Assembly (NCBI GenBank): GCA_963790205.1
Contig: CAWBNQ010000003.1
Location: forward strand, 992,001-1,056,000
From: Nitrospirota bacterium
Lineage (GTDB): Bacteria > Nitrospirota > UBA9217
DNA: 64,000 nt
Direction: 5' to 3'
Shown here: piece by piece, positions 1-9,538 of the stretch
Layout: every line of letters starts with the position of its first letter
Position numbering within the stretch: the first letter of the stretch is position 1
Program-made: the position numbers and the translations under genes
Notes under the pieces: generated by a model
What the model was told of the DNA's origin: nothing
Database searches by the model: none
Seen by the model: only the letters and a program-made list of their open reading frames with translations

Positions 1-2
1 CG

Positions 3-290
3 CCGGACGCATGGGAACAGAAGGTATTGGCTGATTTTGCACGTCGCGCGGAAAAGGAAAATCCCGCAACGATAGAATACGCTGAAATCGTTACGGAACC
101 TCAAGGCAAGTTTATGCGCTATATGAAAGCGATCCCGATGCAGGATGTCTGCCTCAAGTGTCATGGTTCATTGGAAACCATTGCACCGCAGGTCAAGGAA
201 CGGCTTGATGCCGAGTATCCGCACGATAAAGCCACCGGCTACGCAATCAATCAAATACGCGGCGCATTCTCAATTAAGAAAGCGATGTAA
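3..290 (+). CDS. DUF3365/Tll0287-like heme c protein, 5'-partial
   Basis: Frame is open from the window edge (PDAWEQKVL...); CLKCH heme motif; C-terminal 'A.GY..NQIRGAFS' typical of the family. Confidence 0.8.
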   Translation, partial: PDAWEQKVLADFARRAEKENPATIEYAEIVTEPQGKFMRYMKAIPMQDVCLKCHGSLETIAPQVKERLDAEYPHDKATGYAINQIRGAFSIKKAM

Positions 291-324
291 AGCATGTTGC
301 CTGTATTGTAGTTTATCAATAAAC

Positions 325-362
325 AACGGCCGCTGCCTCCAATAGGATTCAGCGGCCGTTTT
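325..362 (+). terminator. Intrinsic terminator-like hairpin
   Basis: AACGGCCGCTG (325-335) pairs with CAGCGGCCGTT (350-360), running into a short T tract just after the stop at 290. Confidence 0.6.
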
Positions 363-469
363 CATGCAAATAAAGAAGCGCCGCGTACATCATCAAGCCT
401 TGCCTCTCCTGACGCAGACAATAAAATAAAAATATTTATATGTATATTGTAAAAAACTAAATAAAAACC

Positions 470-515
470 TTGACAGGGCAGCTATCATTATATAATATAT
501 AAATATATATTTATA
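470..515 (+). promoter_or_regulatory. Sigma70-like promoter with candidate ArsR operator
   Basis: TTGACA 470-475 and TATAAT 491-496 (spacing only 15 nt), AT-rich upstream tract, perfect 18-bp palindrome TATAAATATATATTTATA at 498-515. Confidence 0.55.
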
Positions 516-531
516 CGATGAGGAGGTCGCC

Positions 532-1479
532 GTGCTTAAGGAATTCGCCGACTACATTACCTATACACTCCTGAAACTGGAACCGACCAGCCATTTGGGG
601 GACGCCCTCAATTTCTTTATCTACGATACCCTTAAGATATTCCTGCTGCTCACCACCATTGTATATGTAGTGGCGATCATCCGGGCATACTTCCCGCCTG
701 AAAAAACCAAGCGGATACTGTCGCACAAGCGTTTATACATCGGTAATATCATGGCTGCCTTGCTTGGTATCGTCACACCGTTTTGTTCCTGTTCCGCAGT
801 CCCGCTCTTCATCGGCTTCGTAGAAGCCGGAGTGCCTCTCGGCGTTACCTTCTCTTTCCTCATCTCCTCGCCCATGGTAAACGAAATTGCCTTGATCATG
901 CTGTGGGGCCTCTTTGGCTGGAAGATCGCCTTGGTCTACACCGGCACCGGGGTCGTCCTGGCGATCCTGTCCGGTATCGTCATCGGCAAACTCAAGATGG
1001 AAAAGTATGTCCAGGACTATGTCTGGGAAATAAAGGCGGGAACAGGGGAGATCGTGGAAACGAACTTCCGCGAGAAACTCATTTATGCGCGTGACTATAC
1101 AACGGAGCTTTTGAAGAGGATCTGGCCGTATGTGATCATCGGTATTGCGCTGGGCGGCATTGTTCACGGCTACATCCCTACCGATTTCGTGGTCAAATAT
1201 GCGGGACGCGACAACCCCTTCGCCGTACTGGTCGCTGTTTTGATCGGCGTCCCGCTTTACAGCAACGCTGCCGGCATGATTCCTGTCGTACAGGCCCTTG
1301 TGGGAAAAGGAATGGCCATGGGCACGGTGCTTGCCTTTATGATGTCGGTTACCGCGATATCATTTCCCGAGGCGGTTATTCTCAAGAATGTACTGAAGAT
1401 GCGTCTCATCTATACTTTCTTCGGGATTGTGGCAGTGGGCATTATTATTGTTGGCTATCTGTTTAACGCAATTTTATAG
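532..1479 (+). CDS. DUF318/ArsP-type permease
   Basis: Multi-TM protein with TPFCSCS, SSPMVNE and GVPLYSN motifs; GAGGAGG RBS; adjacent to arsR/acr3. Confidence 0.9.
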   Translation: MLKEFADYITYTLLKLEPTSHLGDALNFFIYDTLKIFLLLTTIVYVVAIIRAYFPPEKTKRILSHKRLYIGNIMAALLGIVTPFCSCSAVPLFIGFVEAGVPLGVTFSFLISSPMVNEIALIMLWGLFGWKIALVYTGTGVVLAILSGIVIGKLKMEKYVQDYVWEIKAGTGEIVETNFREKLIYARDYTTELLKRIWPYVIIGIALGGIVHGYIPTDFVVKYAGRDNPFAVLVAVLIGVPLYSNAAGMIPVVQALVGKGMAMGTVLAFMMSVTAISFPEAVILKNVLKMRLIYTFFGIVAVGIIIVGYLFNAIL

Positions 1480-1491
1480 GAGGATTCAGTG

Positions 1492-1734
1492 ATGGAAATC
1501 AAAGTGCTCGGACCCGGTTGCGCGAATTGTGTCAAGATGGAGGACCTGGCGAAGACCGCCGTGAAAGAACTCGGTATCGAAGCAAAGATCGAGAAGATCA
1601 CGGACCTCGGCCAGATCGCCAGGCACGGCATTCTATCAACGCCGGGTCTTATTGTGAACGGCAAGATCAAACATTCCGGAAAGCCGTTGCCCAGCCTGGA
1701 CAAAGTAAAAGAGTTGATCAAAGGCGAAGCGTAG
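1492..1734 (+). CDS. Small redox-active disulfide protein (MTH895/thioredoxin_3 family)
   Basis: IKVLGPGCANC...STPGLIVNG signature. Confidence 0.9.
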   Translation: MEIKVLGPGCANCVKMEDLAKTAVKELGIEAKIEKITDLGQIARHGILSTPGLIVNGKIKHSGKPLPSLDKVKELIKGEA

Positions 1735-1743
1735 GAGAAAACT

Positions 1744-2118
1744 ATGAACGATCTGGTGACGATATTCAAGGCACTTTCCGACGAAACCAGGCTCAGGATC
1801 ATCAAGCTTCTGGAAGAAGGCGAGCTGTGCGTGTGCGACATCACCGCTGCGCTCGATATGGTGCAGCCGAAAGTGTCCTTTCATCTCAGCGCCCTGAAGG
1901 AAGCGGGGCTCATCAAGGACCGTAAATCGGGTAAATGGATACATTACAGCCTGAATGAAAAAGATCTATTCAGGCGAATGCTGATCCTGTCCGCCTGCGA
2001 GCGGATGCAAGACGGCGCGGTATCGGGAGACAGAAAACGGTTAACTGCCTTTCTGGGGAGCAAGGAATCCGGAGGCAAGGTCGTTACGCTGAAGAGCAAG
2101 TCCCGGTGCTGTGGGTAA
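1744..2118 (+). CDS. arsR: ArsR/SmtB family repressor
   Basis: FKALSDETRLRI, ELCVCDI box, HTH, C-terminal CC pair. Confidence 0.92.
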   Translation: MNDLVTIFKALSDETRLRIIKLLEEGELCVCDITAALDMVQPKVSFHLSALKEAGLIKDRKSGKWIHYSLNEKDLFRRMLILSACERMQDGAVSGDRKRLTAFLGSKESGGKVVTLKSKSRCCG

Positions 2119-2160
2119 CCGAATACCACGCAGAAACTTTGTAAAAGGGGGAGGTAGCCA

Positions 2161-3237
2161 ATGGGTGAAAACACAGGGAAAAAGCTTTCGTTTATGGACC
2201 GGTTTCTTACGCTCTGGATCTTCGCGGCAATGGCTTTCGGTGTCGGCCTCGGGTATTTCATCCAGGGCACCGAAGCCTTTATCAACAGCTTCCAGGTCGG
2301 AACGACCAATATCCCGATTGCCGTTGGGCTCATCCTCATGATGTACCCGCCGCTGGCCAAGGTCAAGTATGAGGAACTCGGCGAGGTCTTCCGGAACAAA
2401 AAGGTCCTGGGCCTCTCGCTCGTCCAGAATTGGGTTATCGGCCCCATTCTGATGTTCGCGCTCGCGATCATCTTTCTCCGGTCCTATCCCGAATACATGG
2501 TCGGTCTCATCATGATCGGCCTTGCCCGGTGCATCGCGATGGTGATCGTCTGGAACGACCTTGCCTGCGGCGATCCCGAGTACGCCGCCGGTCTCGTGGC
2601 GTTCAACTCTATTTTCCAGGTTCTTTTCTTTTCCATCTATGCCTATATCTTCATAACCGTGCTCCCTGTCTGGTTCGGACTTAAGGGGGTTGTCGTCCAT
2701 GTGACGATAGGCCAGATCGCCGAAAGCGTGTTCATCTACTTGGGCATACCTTTTATAGCAGGCATGCTGACCCGTTTCGTACTCATCAAGATCAAGGACC
2801 GCCAGTGGTACGAGTCGGTCTTCATCCCGAAGATCAGCCCGATCACGCTCATCTCGCTCCTGTTCACCATCATCGTTATGTTCTCGCTCAAGGGCAACTA
2901 TATCGTCAGGCTTCCCCTTGATGTGCTGCGCATCGCCGTCCCGCTGCTGATCTATTTCGTGGTCATGTTCCTGGTGTCGTTCTATCTCGGGAAGAAGATC
3001 GGGGCGGATTATCCGAAGACCGCGACGCTTTCTTTTACTGCCGCGAGCAATAACTTTGAACTGGCAATTGCCGTGGCAGTGGCCGTTTTCGGAATCAATT
3101 CAGGAGCCGCCTTCGCGGCAGTCATCGGGCCGCTGGTAGAGGTTCCGGTGCTGATCGGGCTCGTGAACGTGTCACGATATTTTCAGAGGAGATATTTTTC
3201 TGTCGAGTATTGCCGGGTAACCAAGACGGCACAGTAA
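2161..3237 (+). CDS. acr3: Acr3 family arsenite efflux transporter
   Basis: [44 protein letters not shown] motifs. Confidence 0.97.
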   Translation: MGENTGKKLSFMDRFLTLWIFAAMAFGVGLGYFIQGTEAFINSFQVGTTNIPIAVGLILMMYPPLAKVKYEELGEVFRNKKVLGLSLVQNWVIGPILMFALAIIFLRSYPEYMVGLIMIGLARCIAMVIVWNDLACGDPEYAAGLVAFNSIFQVLFFSIYAYIFITVLPVWFGLKGVVVHVTIGQIAESVFIYLGIPFIAGMLTRFVLIKIKDRQWYESVFIPKISPITLISLLFTIIVMFSLKGNYIVRLPLDVLRIAVPLLIYFVVMFLVSFYLGKKIGADYPKTATLSFTAASNNFELAIAVAVAVFGINSGAAFAAVIGPLVEVPVLIGLVNVSRYFQRRYFSVEYCRVTKTAQ

Positions 3238-3262
3238 TCATAGTAATCAAGGAGGATCAGGC

Positions 3263-3643
3263 ATGAAAATATTGAAAACAACCTTGACGACATTCATAGG
3301 GATACTGCTTCTGGCCGGCTACAGCCAGGCGAGCGACGTTGACAACGTGCTTGCCCAGGCAAAAAAGGACGGCAAGGTCGTTATGCTGGAGCTTGGCTCC
3401 GTGGGCTGCATCCCCTGCGAGCAGATGAAGCCGGTGATGGATAAGCTCAGGTCCGGCTACAAAGACAAGCTGGAAGTCTATTTCGTCGACCTAAGAAAGG
3501 ACAATGCAACCGGTAGGCGTTTCGGCGTGTACGTAATCCCGACGCAGGTCTTCCTGGACCAGAACGGCAAGGAATTCCACCGACACGTCGGGTTCTATGC
3601 CTATGATGAGATTACGCCGGTATTAAAGAAGGCGGGATTGTAG
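3263..3643 (+). CDS. Exported thioredoxin family protein
   Basis: N-terminal signal peptide, CIPC active site, IPTQVF cis-Pro motif. Confidence 0.88.
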   Translation: MKILKTTLTTFIGILLLAGYSQASDVDNVLAQAKKDGKVVMLELGSVGCIPCEQMKPVMDKLRSGYKDKLEVYFVDLRKDNATGRRFGVYVIPTQVFLDQNGKEFHRHVGFYAYDEITPVLKKAGL

Positions 3644-3664
3644 CAGAGATGCGAGGTGTCTGCA

Positions 3665-3889
3665 ATGGCGAATCAAATATGCTGCTGTTTCGGTTACACC
3701 GATGAAGACATCATCAGGGATGTACAGGGCAATAAGGGCGTCTCGACCATTCTGGAAAGAATCGTGAACGAGAAGAAAAAGGGCGGGTGCAACTGCGGGA
3801 CCAATCATCCGCTCGGGCGGTGATGCATGGCTGATGTCCGCCGGGTCGTGGACAAGGCAAAAGAGCAGCTCGGGACTATCGGAGGATAA
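3665..3889 (+). CDS. Putative selenoprotein, Cys-rich BFD-like/CopZ-associated [2Fe-2S]-type domain (74 aa, Sec53)
   Basis: GAGGTG RBS, ATG 3665; reads ICCCFGYTDEDI...GGCNCGTNHPLGR-TGA(3821)-CMADVRRVV...TAA 3887-3889; the TGA occupies the first Cys of the family CxC..NPxGxCC motif; fills the operon gap. Confidence 0.75.
3835..3854 (+). promoter_or_regulatory. Candidate bacterial SECIS hairpin
   Basis: Stem TGTCCGC/GTGGACA with loop CGGGTC, starting 11 nt after the in-frame TGA. Confidence 0.6.
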
Positions 3890-3901
3890 GAGGCGAACAC
3901 C

Positions 3902-4617
3902 ATGAAATTCGCTGTACTCGGAGACATACACGGCAATATCGAGGCGCTCACTTCCGCTTATTCCGCCGTCCAGCTCCTGAAGCCGGACAAAGTGTATCAT
4001 CTCGGCGACCTCGGAGGCTACTCACCGTTCGTAAATGAGGTAGTGGCTTTTCTCATCGAGCATAACATCGAGGGCGTTCAAGGGAATTACGACGAGACCG
4101 TCGCGAATGACCGGGAGCACTGCGGGTGCAAATACGAAGACCCGGTCCAGGAAGAGATGGCGAACAAGTCTTTTGAGTGGACGAAGAAGCATGCTTCCCC
4201 GGAGACGAAAGAGTACCTGAGAAAGCTTCCGTTCTCGATATCGTTCGCTGTGGAGGGGAAAAAGGTGCTGCTGTTCCATGCCACGCCTTCGAAGAACAAC
4301 TTGTATTGGTTCGAGGACCGGCCGGATAAGTTCTTTCGGGAAATGGCGGCGAAGACCGACGCCGATGTGATGATCTACGGACATACGCACAAACCGTATT
4401 GGAAGGATTTTGGCGGCACGGTCTTCGTCAATGCCGGAAGCGTGGGCAAATCAAAGACGGGAATCCGAGGGCTTGTGTGCCCCTGATCACTATAATAGCG
4501 GACAAGGTGAATGTCGAGTTTCTTCGGGTCCCTTACGATGTACAAAAGACGGCTGACGCTATTATTGCGAGCGGGCTGCCGGGGTATTTTGCGGACAGGC
4601 TGAAAGAGGCCAGATAG
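3902..4617 (+). pseudogene. Metallophosphoesterase (calcineurin-like) with one frameshift near 4451 (or sequencing indel)
   Basis: GDIHGN, LGDL, GNYD, GHTH, NAGSVGK motifs; KDGNPRAC...RVPYD continues in another frame to 4617. Confidence 0.85.
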
Positions 4618-4621
4618 AGGC

Positions 4622-5311
4622 ATGGAATCCCTGTTCAACAACATTCAGCACATCATCCAGCACCGGCAGGGGATGGCGTTCCTCGCCGTCTTCGTAGCCG
4701 GGCTCATTTCCGCCGCCAGCCCCTGTGTGCTTGCGGCCATTCCGCTCATCATCGGCTATGTGGGAGGTTACTCGGAAGGGAACAAGAAAAAAGCGGCCCT
4801 CTATTCGCTCGTCTTCATTCTCGGTCTTTCCATCACCTTTACGCTTCTCGGCGCAGCTGCATCGCTCATGGGCGGATTACTCGGCTTCATGGGCAGGTGG
4901 CTCTACATTGCGCTTGCGGTCATCGCTGTGATCATGGGTCTTCAACTCATGGGCGTCCTCTCAATTCCGCTGCCGTTTCAGAAGATCAGGATGGTCAAGA
5001 GCAAGGGGCTATGGGGTGCCTTCTTCCTCGGGCTTCTGACCGGCACGGTCTCTTCCCCCTGCGCCACGCCGGTTCTGGCCGTGATCCTTGCTTATGTATC
5101 CACCCAGGGCGATATCCTGTACGGCGGGTCGCTGCTCTTTGCGTATGCTGTGGGACATTGCGCGTTGATTTTCATCGCCGGTCTTTCCATCGGTCTCACG
5201 GAGAGCATTGTAAGTTCGAAAGGTATCAAGAATTTCTCTCTCTATTCGAAACGGTTCAGCGGCGTATTGCTGACGTTGGCCGGGCTGTATATCGGCATAG
5301 TAAACTTTTGA
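4622..5311 (+). CDS. ccdA: CcdA/DsbD-type membrane electron transporter
   Basis: About six TM segments; SPCVL and SPCATP redox Cys motifs. Confidence 0.9.
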   Translation: MESLFNNIQHIIQHRQGMAFLAVFVAGLISAASPCVLAAIPLIIGYVGGYSEGNKKKAALYSLVFILGLSITFTLLGAAASLMGGLLGFMGRWLYIALAVIAVIMGLQLMGVLSIPLPFQKIRMVKSKGLWGAFFLGLLTGTVSSPCATPVLAVILAYVSTQGDILYGGSLLFAYAVGHCALIFIAGLSIGLTESIVSSKGIKNFSLYSKRFSGVLLTLAGLYIGIVNF

Positions 5312-5457
5312 GGACGCAATTATGCGGCAACGAAAAGTAAGAATTAAAAAACGTTTCTCCGTCATTTGCCACTGCTGGTGGAACGGCTGGTAACTCGGTT
5401 GAGGTAATGGAGTTCAATGTTCGACGTAAAACCAACTCATCACAACGGAGGTCCGCC

Positions 5458-6066
5458 ATGAAAGAATTTAATGAGTATTTTGACACCGCACTGAAGTTTC
5501 ACGGCCATAAGTGTCCGGCCATGCCCATGGGTCTGAGGGCCGGTCTCGCTGCCATGAAGGTGCTCGGCGTTGAAAGGTCGCAAGACAAGGAACTCTTCGT
5601 GGAAGCGGAAACAGGCAAAGGACATGCCGCCGGATGTTTCCTGGACGGGATCATGACCGCCACCGGCTGCACCTACGGAAAGGCGAACATCCAGAAGCTC
5701 TATTACAACAAAATGGCCTTCACGCTCATAGACGCCAAGAGCGGCAAGGCGGTCCGGGTCTCTCTGAAGCCTGAATTCTTTGAAAAGGCCCTCAATTCGC
5801 CCTTTGTACAGGAGAGGAAAAAAGGCGTGCCGCCTCAGGATATTCCCGCATCGATTACGGACCCTCTCGTCGATCGGATATTGGGACTTTCTGAAACCGA
5901 CTTCCTGAATATCAGCGACGTGTTCCATAAAGACCAGAAGAAGGGATCTTCGAATTTCGAGATCAAACGCTGCGCGAAATGCGGAGAGGCGGTGTTCACC
6001 GATAAACTGACAAAGGCTCCTGACGGACGGCTTCTTTGCATCCCCTGCGCTGAACACGGGAAATAG
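5458..6066 (+). CDS. FmdE/FwdE family protein with C-terminal C4 zinc finger
   Basis: FHGHKCP, CFLDG, TGCTYGK; CAKC...CIPC; GGAGG RBS before ATG 5458. Confidence 0.88.
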   Translation: MKEFNEYFDTALKFHGHKCPAMPMGLRAGLAAMKVLGVERSQDKELFVEAETGKGHAAGCFLDGIMTATGCTYGKANIQKLYYNKMAFTLIDAKSGKAVRVSLKPEFFEKALNSPFVQERKKGVPPQDIPASITDPLVDRILGLSETDFLNISDVFHKDQKKGSSNFEIKRCAKCGEAVFTDKLTKAPDGRLLCIPCAEHGK

Positions 6067-6069
6067 GAA

Positions 6070-6212
6070 GCCTGTCGTACCCGTCGCGCAGAAAGCCAAA
6101 CTTACAGCAGAGGTCGCAGAGAACGGAGACTTTCTCTGTTCCTGAGAGGATCTTTTTCTCTGCGCTCTTTGCCTTCCTTGATGTGGTCAGTTCTGCGCGA
6201 GTACGATACGGC
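6070..6212. repeat. Nested inverted-repeat (REP-like/structured) intergenic element
   Basis: TCGCGCAGAA 6084-6093 / TTCTGCGCGA 6191-6200; CGCAGAGAA 6115-6123 / TTCTCTGCG 6156-6164; outer TGTCGTAC/GTACGATA. Confidence 0.55.
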
Positions 6213-6229
6213 AAAAAAGGAGACCTGTC

Positions 6230-6982
6230 ATGCTTACCATCAATGCAGCCGCGGCCGCCCTCGTCTTTGTCTTCACCACGTTTCTGACCATTGCGGGCGT
6301 AGGCGCGGCCTTCATAGTGATCCCAACGTTCTACTGGCTCGGGGTACCGCTTACCGAGGCCATGGCCATCGGCCTGCTCTTGAACGCCATCAGCATGACC
6401 TTTGCTTCGGCCAACTATATCCGCTACAAACTTGTCGTGTTCCGAACGGCCGTACCCATCATCGTGCTTGCCATCGTCTTTTCTCCCCTGGGCGCGTACT
6501 CGACGCGGTATTTTCCTAAGAACGTTCTTATTCTGCTCTTCGTGCTCTTTCTCGTATTCGCTGCATCAATGATGCTTTTTTACAAGCCGAAGAAGAGAAC
6601 GGATGGCCAGGGAGACAGCGGGAAGGAACTCAAGACCGGCATTGGTCTGGGCATCGGGGCTGGGTATCTGGGCGGCCTCCTGGGTGTCGGCGGTGGGAAC
6701 TTCATCGTTCCGGCCCTCGTCTGGCTCGGATTCGATCCTAAAAAAGCATCCGCTACTACTGCCTTCATCGTTGTCTTCTCCTCGCTCTCGGGCTTCTTCG
6801 GCCATGCGGCCACAGAGTCCGTTAACTGGAGCCTTCTGGCGTTTGCAGCAATCGGCTCGGTCGCGGGGGCGATCCTGGGCTCATGGCTCATGCACAAGAA
6901 GCTTAATGCAAATCAGGTGAAGAAGATCATCGGTGTCGTGCTCTATGCCATAGCAGCAAAGATGGCGTGGGGATTGCTGTAA
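6230..6982 (+). CDS. TSUP/TauE-SafE family (sulfite exporter-like) transporter
   Basis: About 8 TM segments; GLLGVGGGNFIVP and KKASAT repeat motif. Confidence 0.9.
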   Translation: MLTINAAAAALVFVFTTFLTIAGVGAAFIVIPTFYWLGVPLTEAMAIGLLLNAISMTFASANYIRYKLVVFRTAVPIIVLAIVFSPLGAYSTRYFPKNVLILLFVLFLVFAASMMLFYKPKKRTDGQGDSGKELKTGIGLGIGAGYLGGLLGVGGGNFIVPALVWLGFDPKKASATTAFIVVFSSLSGFFGHAATESVNWSLLAFAAIGSVAGAILGSWLMHKKLNANQVKKIIGVVLYAIAAKMAWGLL

Positions 6983-7046
6983 ACACATTCAGGCGAAAGG
7001 CGTCAGACATTTTCCGCACAGCGCAACGGACTAACGAGGTGTTTCT

Positions 7047-8354
7047 ATGCGTTCATACGCTATTTTGCTCCATCTTGCTTTGCTGATACAAATTCCTCTC
7101 GCTGCTTACGGCGAGCCCCTTACTCTCAAGGAGTGCCTCACGGCGGCTTTAAGCAACAATCCGGCCGTGGCCGAAGCGCGGCTGAACGTGGCAGCCGGAG
7201 AACAGGGGATCGCGAGCGCCTCGGGAAAGCATTATCCCCGTCTTTCACTCAACGCGAACGTCACCGAGCTTGAATATCCCGTACCGTACATCCCGGCGCA
7301 ATCAGTGACGATAGCGCCCCACTTCAGCGACTACTATGCCTCGTGGGCAGCCCAGATGACCGTGCCCCTCTACCAAGGGGGGCAGATCGTGAACGGCGTT
7401 GACCTGGCGAAGGTCAGAAAGGACATCCAGGAACAGGGATTTTCCCTCACCCGTTACGAGCTCATCGCCAATACGGTGAATACCTACAACAAGATCCTTC
7501 AATTGCAAAAGCTCCGGGAAGCATCCCAGGCGTCGGTGAATGCCCTTGAGGAGCAGCACAAGAACGCGCAACTTCTCTTTAATGTGGGGAGGACCGCCCG
7601 CGTCGATCTTCTGAAAGTGGACGTGCAACTGGCCAACGAGCAGCAACGGCTCCTCACGGTGGACGAGGCGCTCAAGACCTTGTCGGCGACGCTTCGGTTC
7701 CTGATGGGTGAACAGTCTGATGCTTCTCCCGGGGTCCCGACGCTTGCCGACCCGCTCGCAATGCCTCCCGTAACAGCCGATTTTAACGACGGGCTGGCCG
7801 CGGCACGCGCCGGCAGGCCGGAGTACATGATCGCCCGCGCCGGCGTGGCGGAGGCTGAGTTGAGCAAAAAGATCGCTACTGGAAAAATGCTGCCTGCAGT
7901 GAATGCCTTTGCCGGGTACCTCGACCAGTACGGCTTCAACCCGAGGTTCGATGAGGGGAGCTGGTTTGTAGGAGCCACTCTAAGCATCCCACTTTTCGAC
8001 CGGTCACTTTACGCTGACCGCGCCCGCGAACGGATCCTGCAACTTCGCGCCGAGCAGCGGCTCAAGACCGTCGACAACCAACTGCGGCTCGATATTGAAA
8101 CGGCCTCTTCTTCCCTCGCGGACAGCAGGAGCCGTGTGACAACGGCCGAACGGGTCGTGGAGCAGGCCGACGAGTCATTCCGCATCGAGCAGGAGAGGTA
8201 CAGACTCGGCGCAGGCGCGATGGTGGACCTGCTTCTTGCTCAGGCGGCCGACGTGACAGCCGTTGCGAATTACACCCAGGCCCTTTACGACTATAACGCG
8301 GCCGTTGTCGCCTACCGAAAGGCGACCGGCACTTTGGAGGAATACCTCAAATGA
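7047..8354 (+). CDS. TolC family outer membrane efflux protein
   Basis: Signal peptide; AL.NNP, PLYQGG, RYRLG...DLL..Q repeats. Confidence 0.92.
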   Translation: MRSYAILLHLALLIQIPLAAYGEPLTLKECLTAALSNNPAVAEARLNVAAGEQGIASASGKHYPRLSLNANVTELEYPVPYIPAQSVTIAPHFSDYYASWAAQMTVPLYQGGQIVNGVDLAKVRKDIQEQGFSLTRYELIANTVNTYNKILQLQKLREASQASVNALEEQHKNAQLLFNVGRTARVDLLKVDVQLANEQQRLLTVDEALKTLSATLRFLMGEQSDASPGVPTLADPLAMPPVTADFNDGLAAARAGRPEYMIARAGVAEAELSKKIATGKMLPAVNAFAGYLDQYGFNPRFDEGSWFVGATLSIPLFDRSLYADRARERILQLRAEQRLKTVDNQLRLDIETASSSLADSRSRVTTAERVVEQADESFRIEQERYRLGAGAMVDLLLAQAADVTAVANYTQALYDYNAAVVAYRKATGTLEEYLK

Positions 8355-9538
8355 AACGGAACATTCTCATAGCTGTTATCTGCATTGTGGCGATTGCCGG
8401 TGTAGCCATCGTCGCACTCAAGGCGCGAAAGATCGCGGCCCTGCCCAAACCTCAGGTCGTTCCTCCGGCCGTGCAGGCCGCCCTGGCAGTGAAGGGTTCG
8501 CTGGAGATAACGACCCACTATTTGGGAAGCATAGAGCCGTTTACCAGAAGCGATCTCTCCGCGCGCATATCGGGGAACATCGTGAGCATCTCCAAGCGGG
8601 AAGGGGACCTGGTCCGGCAGGGCGAGGAACTCATCGTTATCGACGACCGGGAACTGGTTGACCGCTCCACGGCAGTACAGTCCGAAGTGCTGGCAACTCA
8701 GCAGAAGCTGGCCGGAGCAAAAAGCGCCTACGAAACCCAGAAGTCCGTCTATGATCGGGACGTGGCCCTGCTGAAGATCGGGGCGATCTCCCAGGAGGCG
8801 CTGGAGCGGTCCCGCGCGACATTGGACGGCGTTAAGGCGACCGTGGAAGCCTACGAGGAAAGCATTAAGGGGCTCTCGATGAACAGCGCCGTGGCCCGGA
8901 CCCAGGCCGGCTATGCACACATCACCGCGCCCTTCACCGGCATCGTGTCCAAGCGGTGGGCCGATCCCGGAGATCTGGCAACGCCGGGAAAACCGCTTCT
9001 CACCATTGAGAAAACCTCGACCTATAAGGTCCTGGCCCAGGTGCCGCAGGAGGACCTGGCCGAAATACGCCGGGGTACACGCGTCTACTTGACGAGCGGC
9101 GAACGGAGCATCGAAGCAACGATCAACCGGGTCTACCCGGCGCTGGGCAAGAACATGCTGGCTACGGTGGAGGTGCTGACCAGGACATCGCCCTTCAATT
9201 TGCCCTCGGCTTCCACCGTCGGCTTTGACCTGGTCACGAGGCGGGTCAAGGGGCTGATCGTCCCGGACCAAGCCGTGGTGAAGACCGATAAGGGGACCTT
9301 TGTGTACCAGGTAAAAGACGGCCTGGTCCAGATCGTGCCGGTCACGCTTCTTGGCATGGGGAACGGCAAAGCGGCGATCAGCGGTGTGGAGCCCGGCGAT
9401 CAGGTAGCCGTGGCCCAGGAGAACAAACTCCTCACCCTGGCTGAAGGCAGCAAAGTCACCTTGCCGGCACAGGAGAAACCGGGGGTGTCAGCCCAAGGCG
9501 CCGAGAGCAAATCGGTTCCTGCCGGAGGCAAGCCATGA
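8351..9538 (+). CDS. RND periplasmic adaptor (MFP)
   Basis: N-terminal TM, REGDLVRQGE lipoyl half-motif, ITAPFTGIV; ATGA overlap with neighbours. Confidence 0.92.
   Translation: MKRNILIAVICIVAIAGVAIVALKARKIAALPKPQVVPPAVQAALAVKGSLEITTHYLGSIEPFTRSDLSARISGNIVSISKREGDLVRQGEELIVIDDRELVDRSTAVQSEVLATQQKLAGAKSAYETQKSVYDRDVALLKIGAISQEALERSRATLDGVKATVEAYEESIKGLSMNSAVARTQAGYAHITAPFTGIVSKRWADPGDLATPGKPLLTIEKTSTYKVLAQVPQEDLAEIRRGTRVYLTSGERSIEATINRVYPALGKNMLATVEVLTRTSPFNLPSASTVGFDLVTRRVKGLIVPDQAVVKTDKGTFVYQVKDGLVQIVPVTLLGMGNGKAAISGVEPGDQVAVAQENKLLTLAEGSKVTLPAQEKPGVSAQGAESKSVPAGGKP

Noticed and set aside
5458..6066. Methanogenesis/formylmethanofuran dehydrogenase
   Set aside because: FmdE-like proteins occur alone in many bacteria; no catalytic subunits are present
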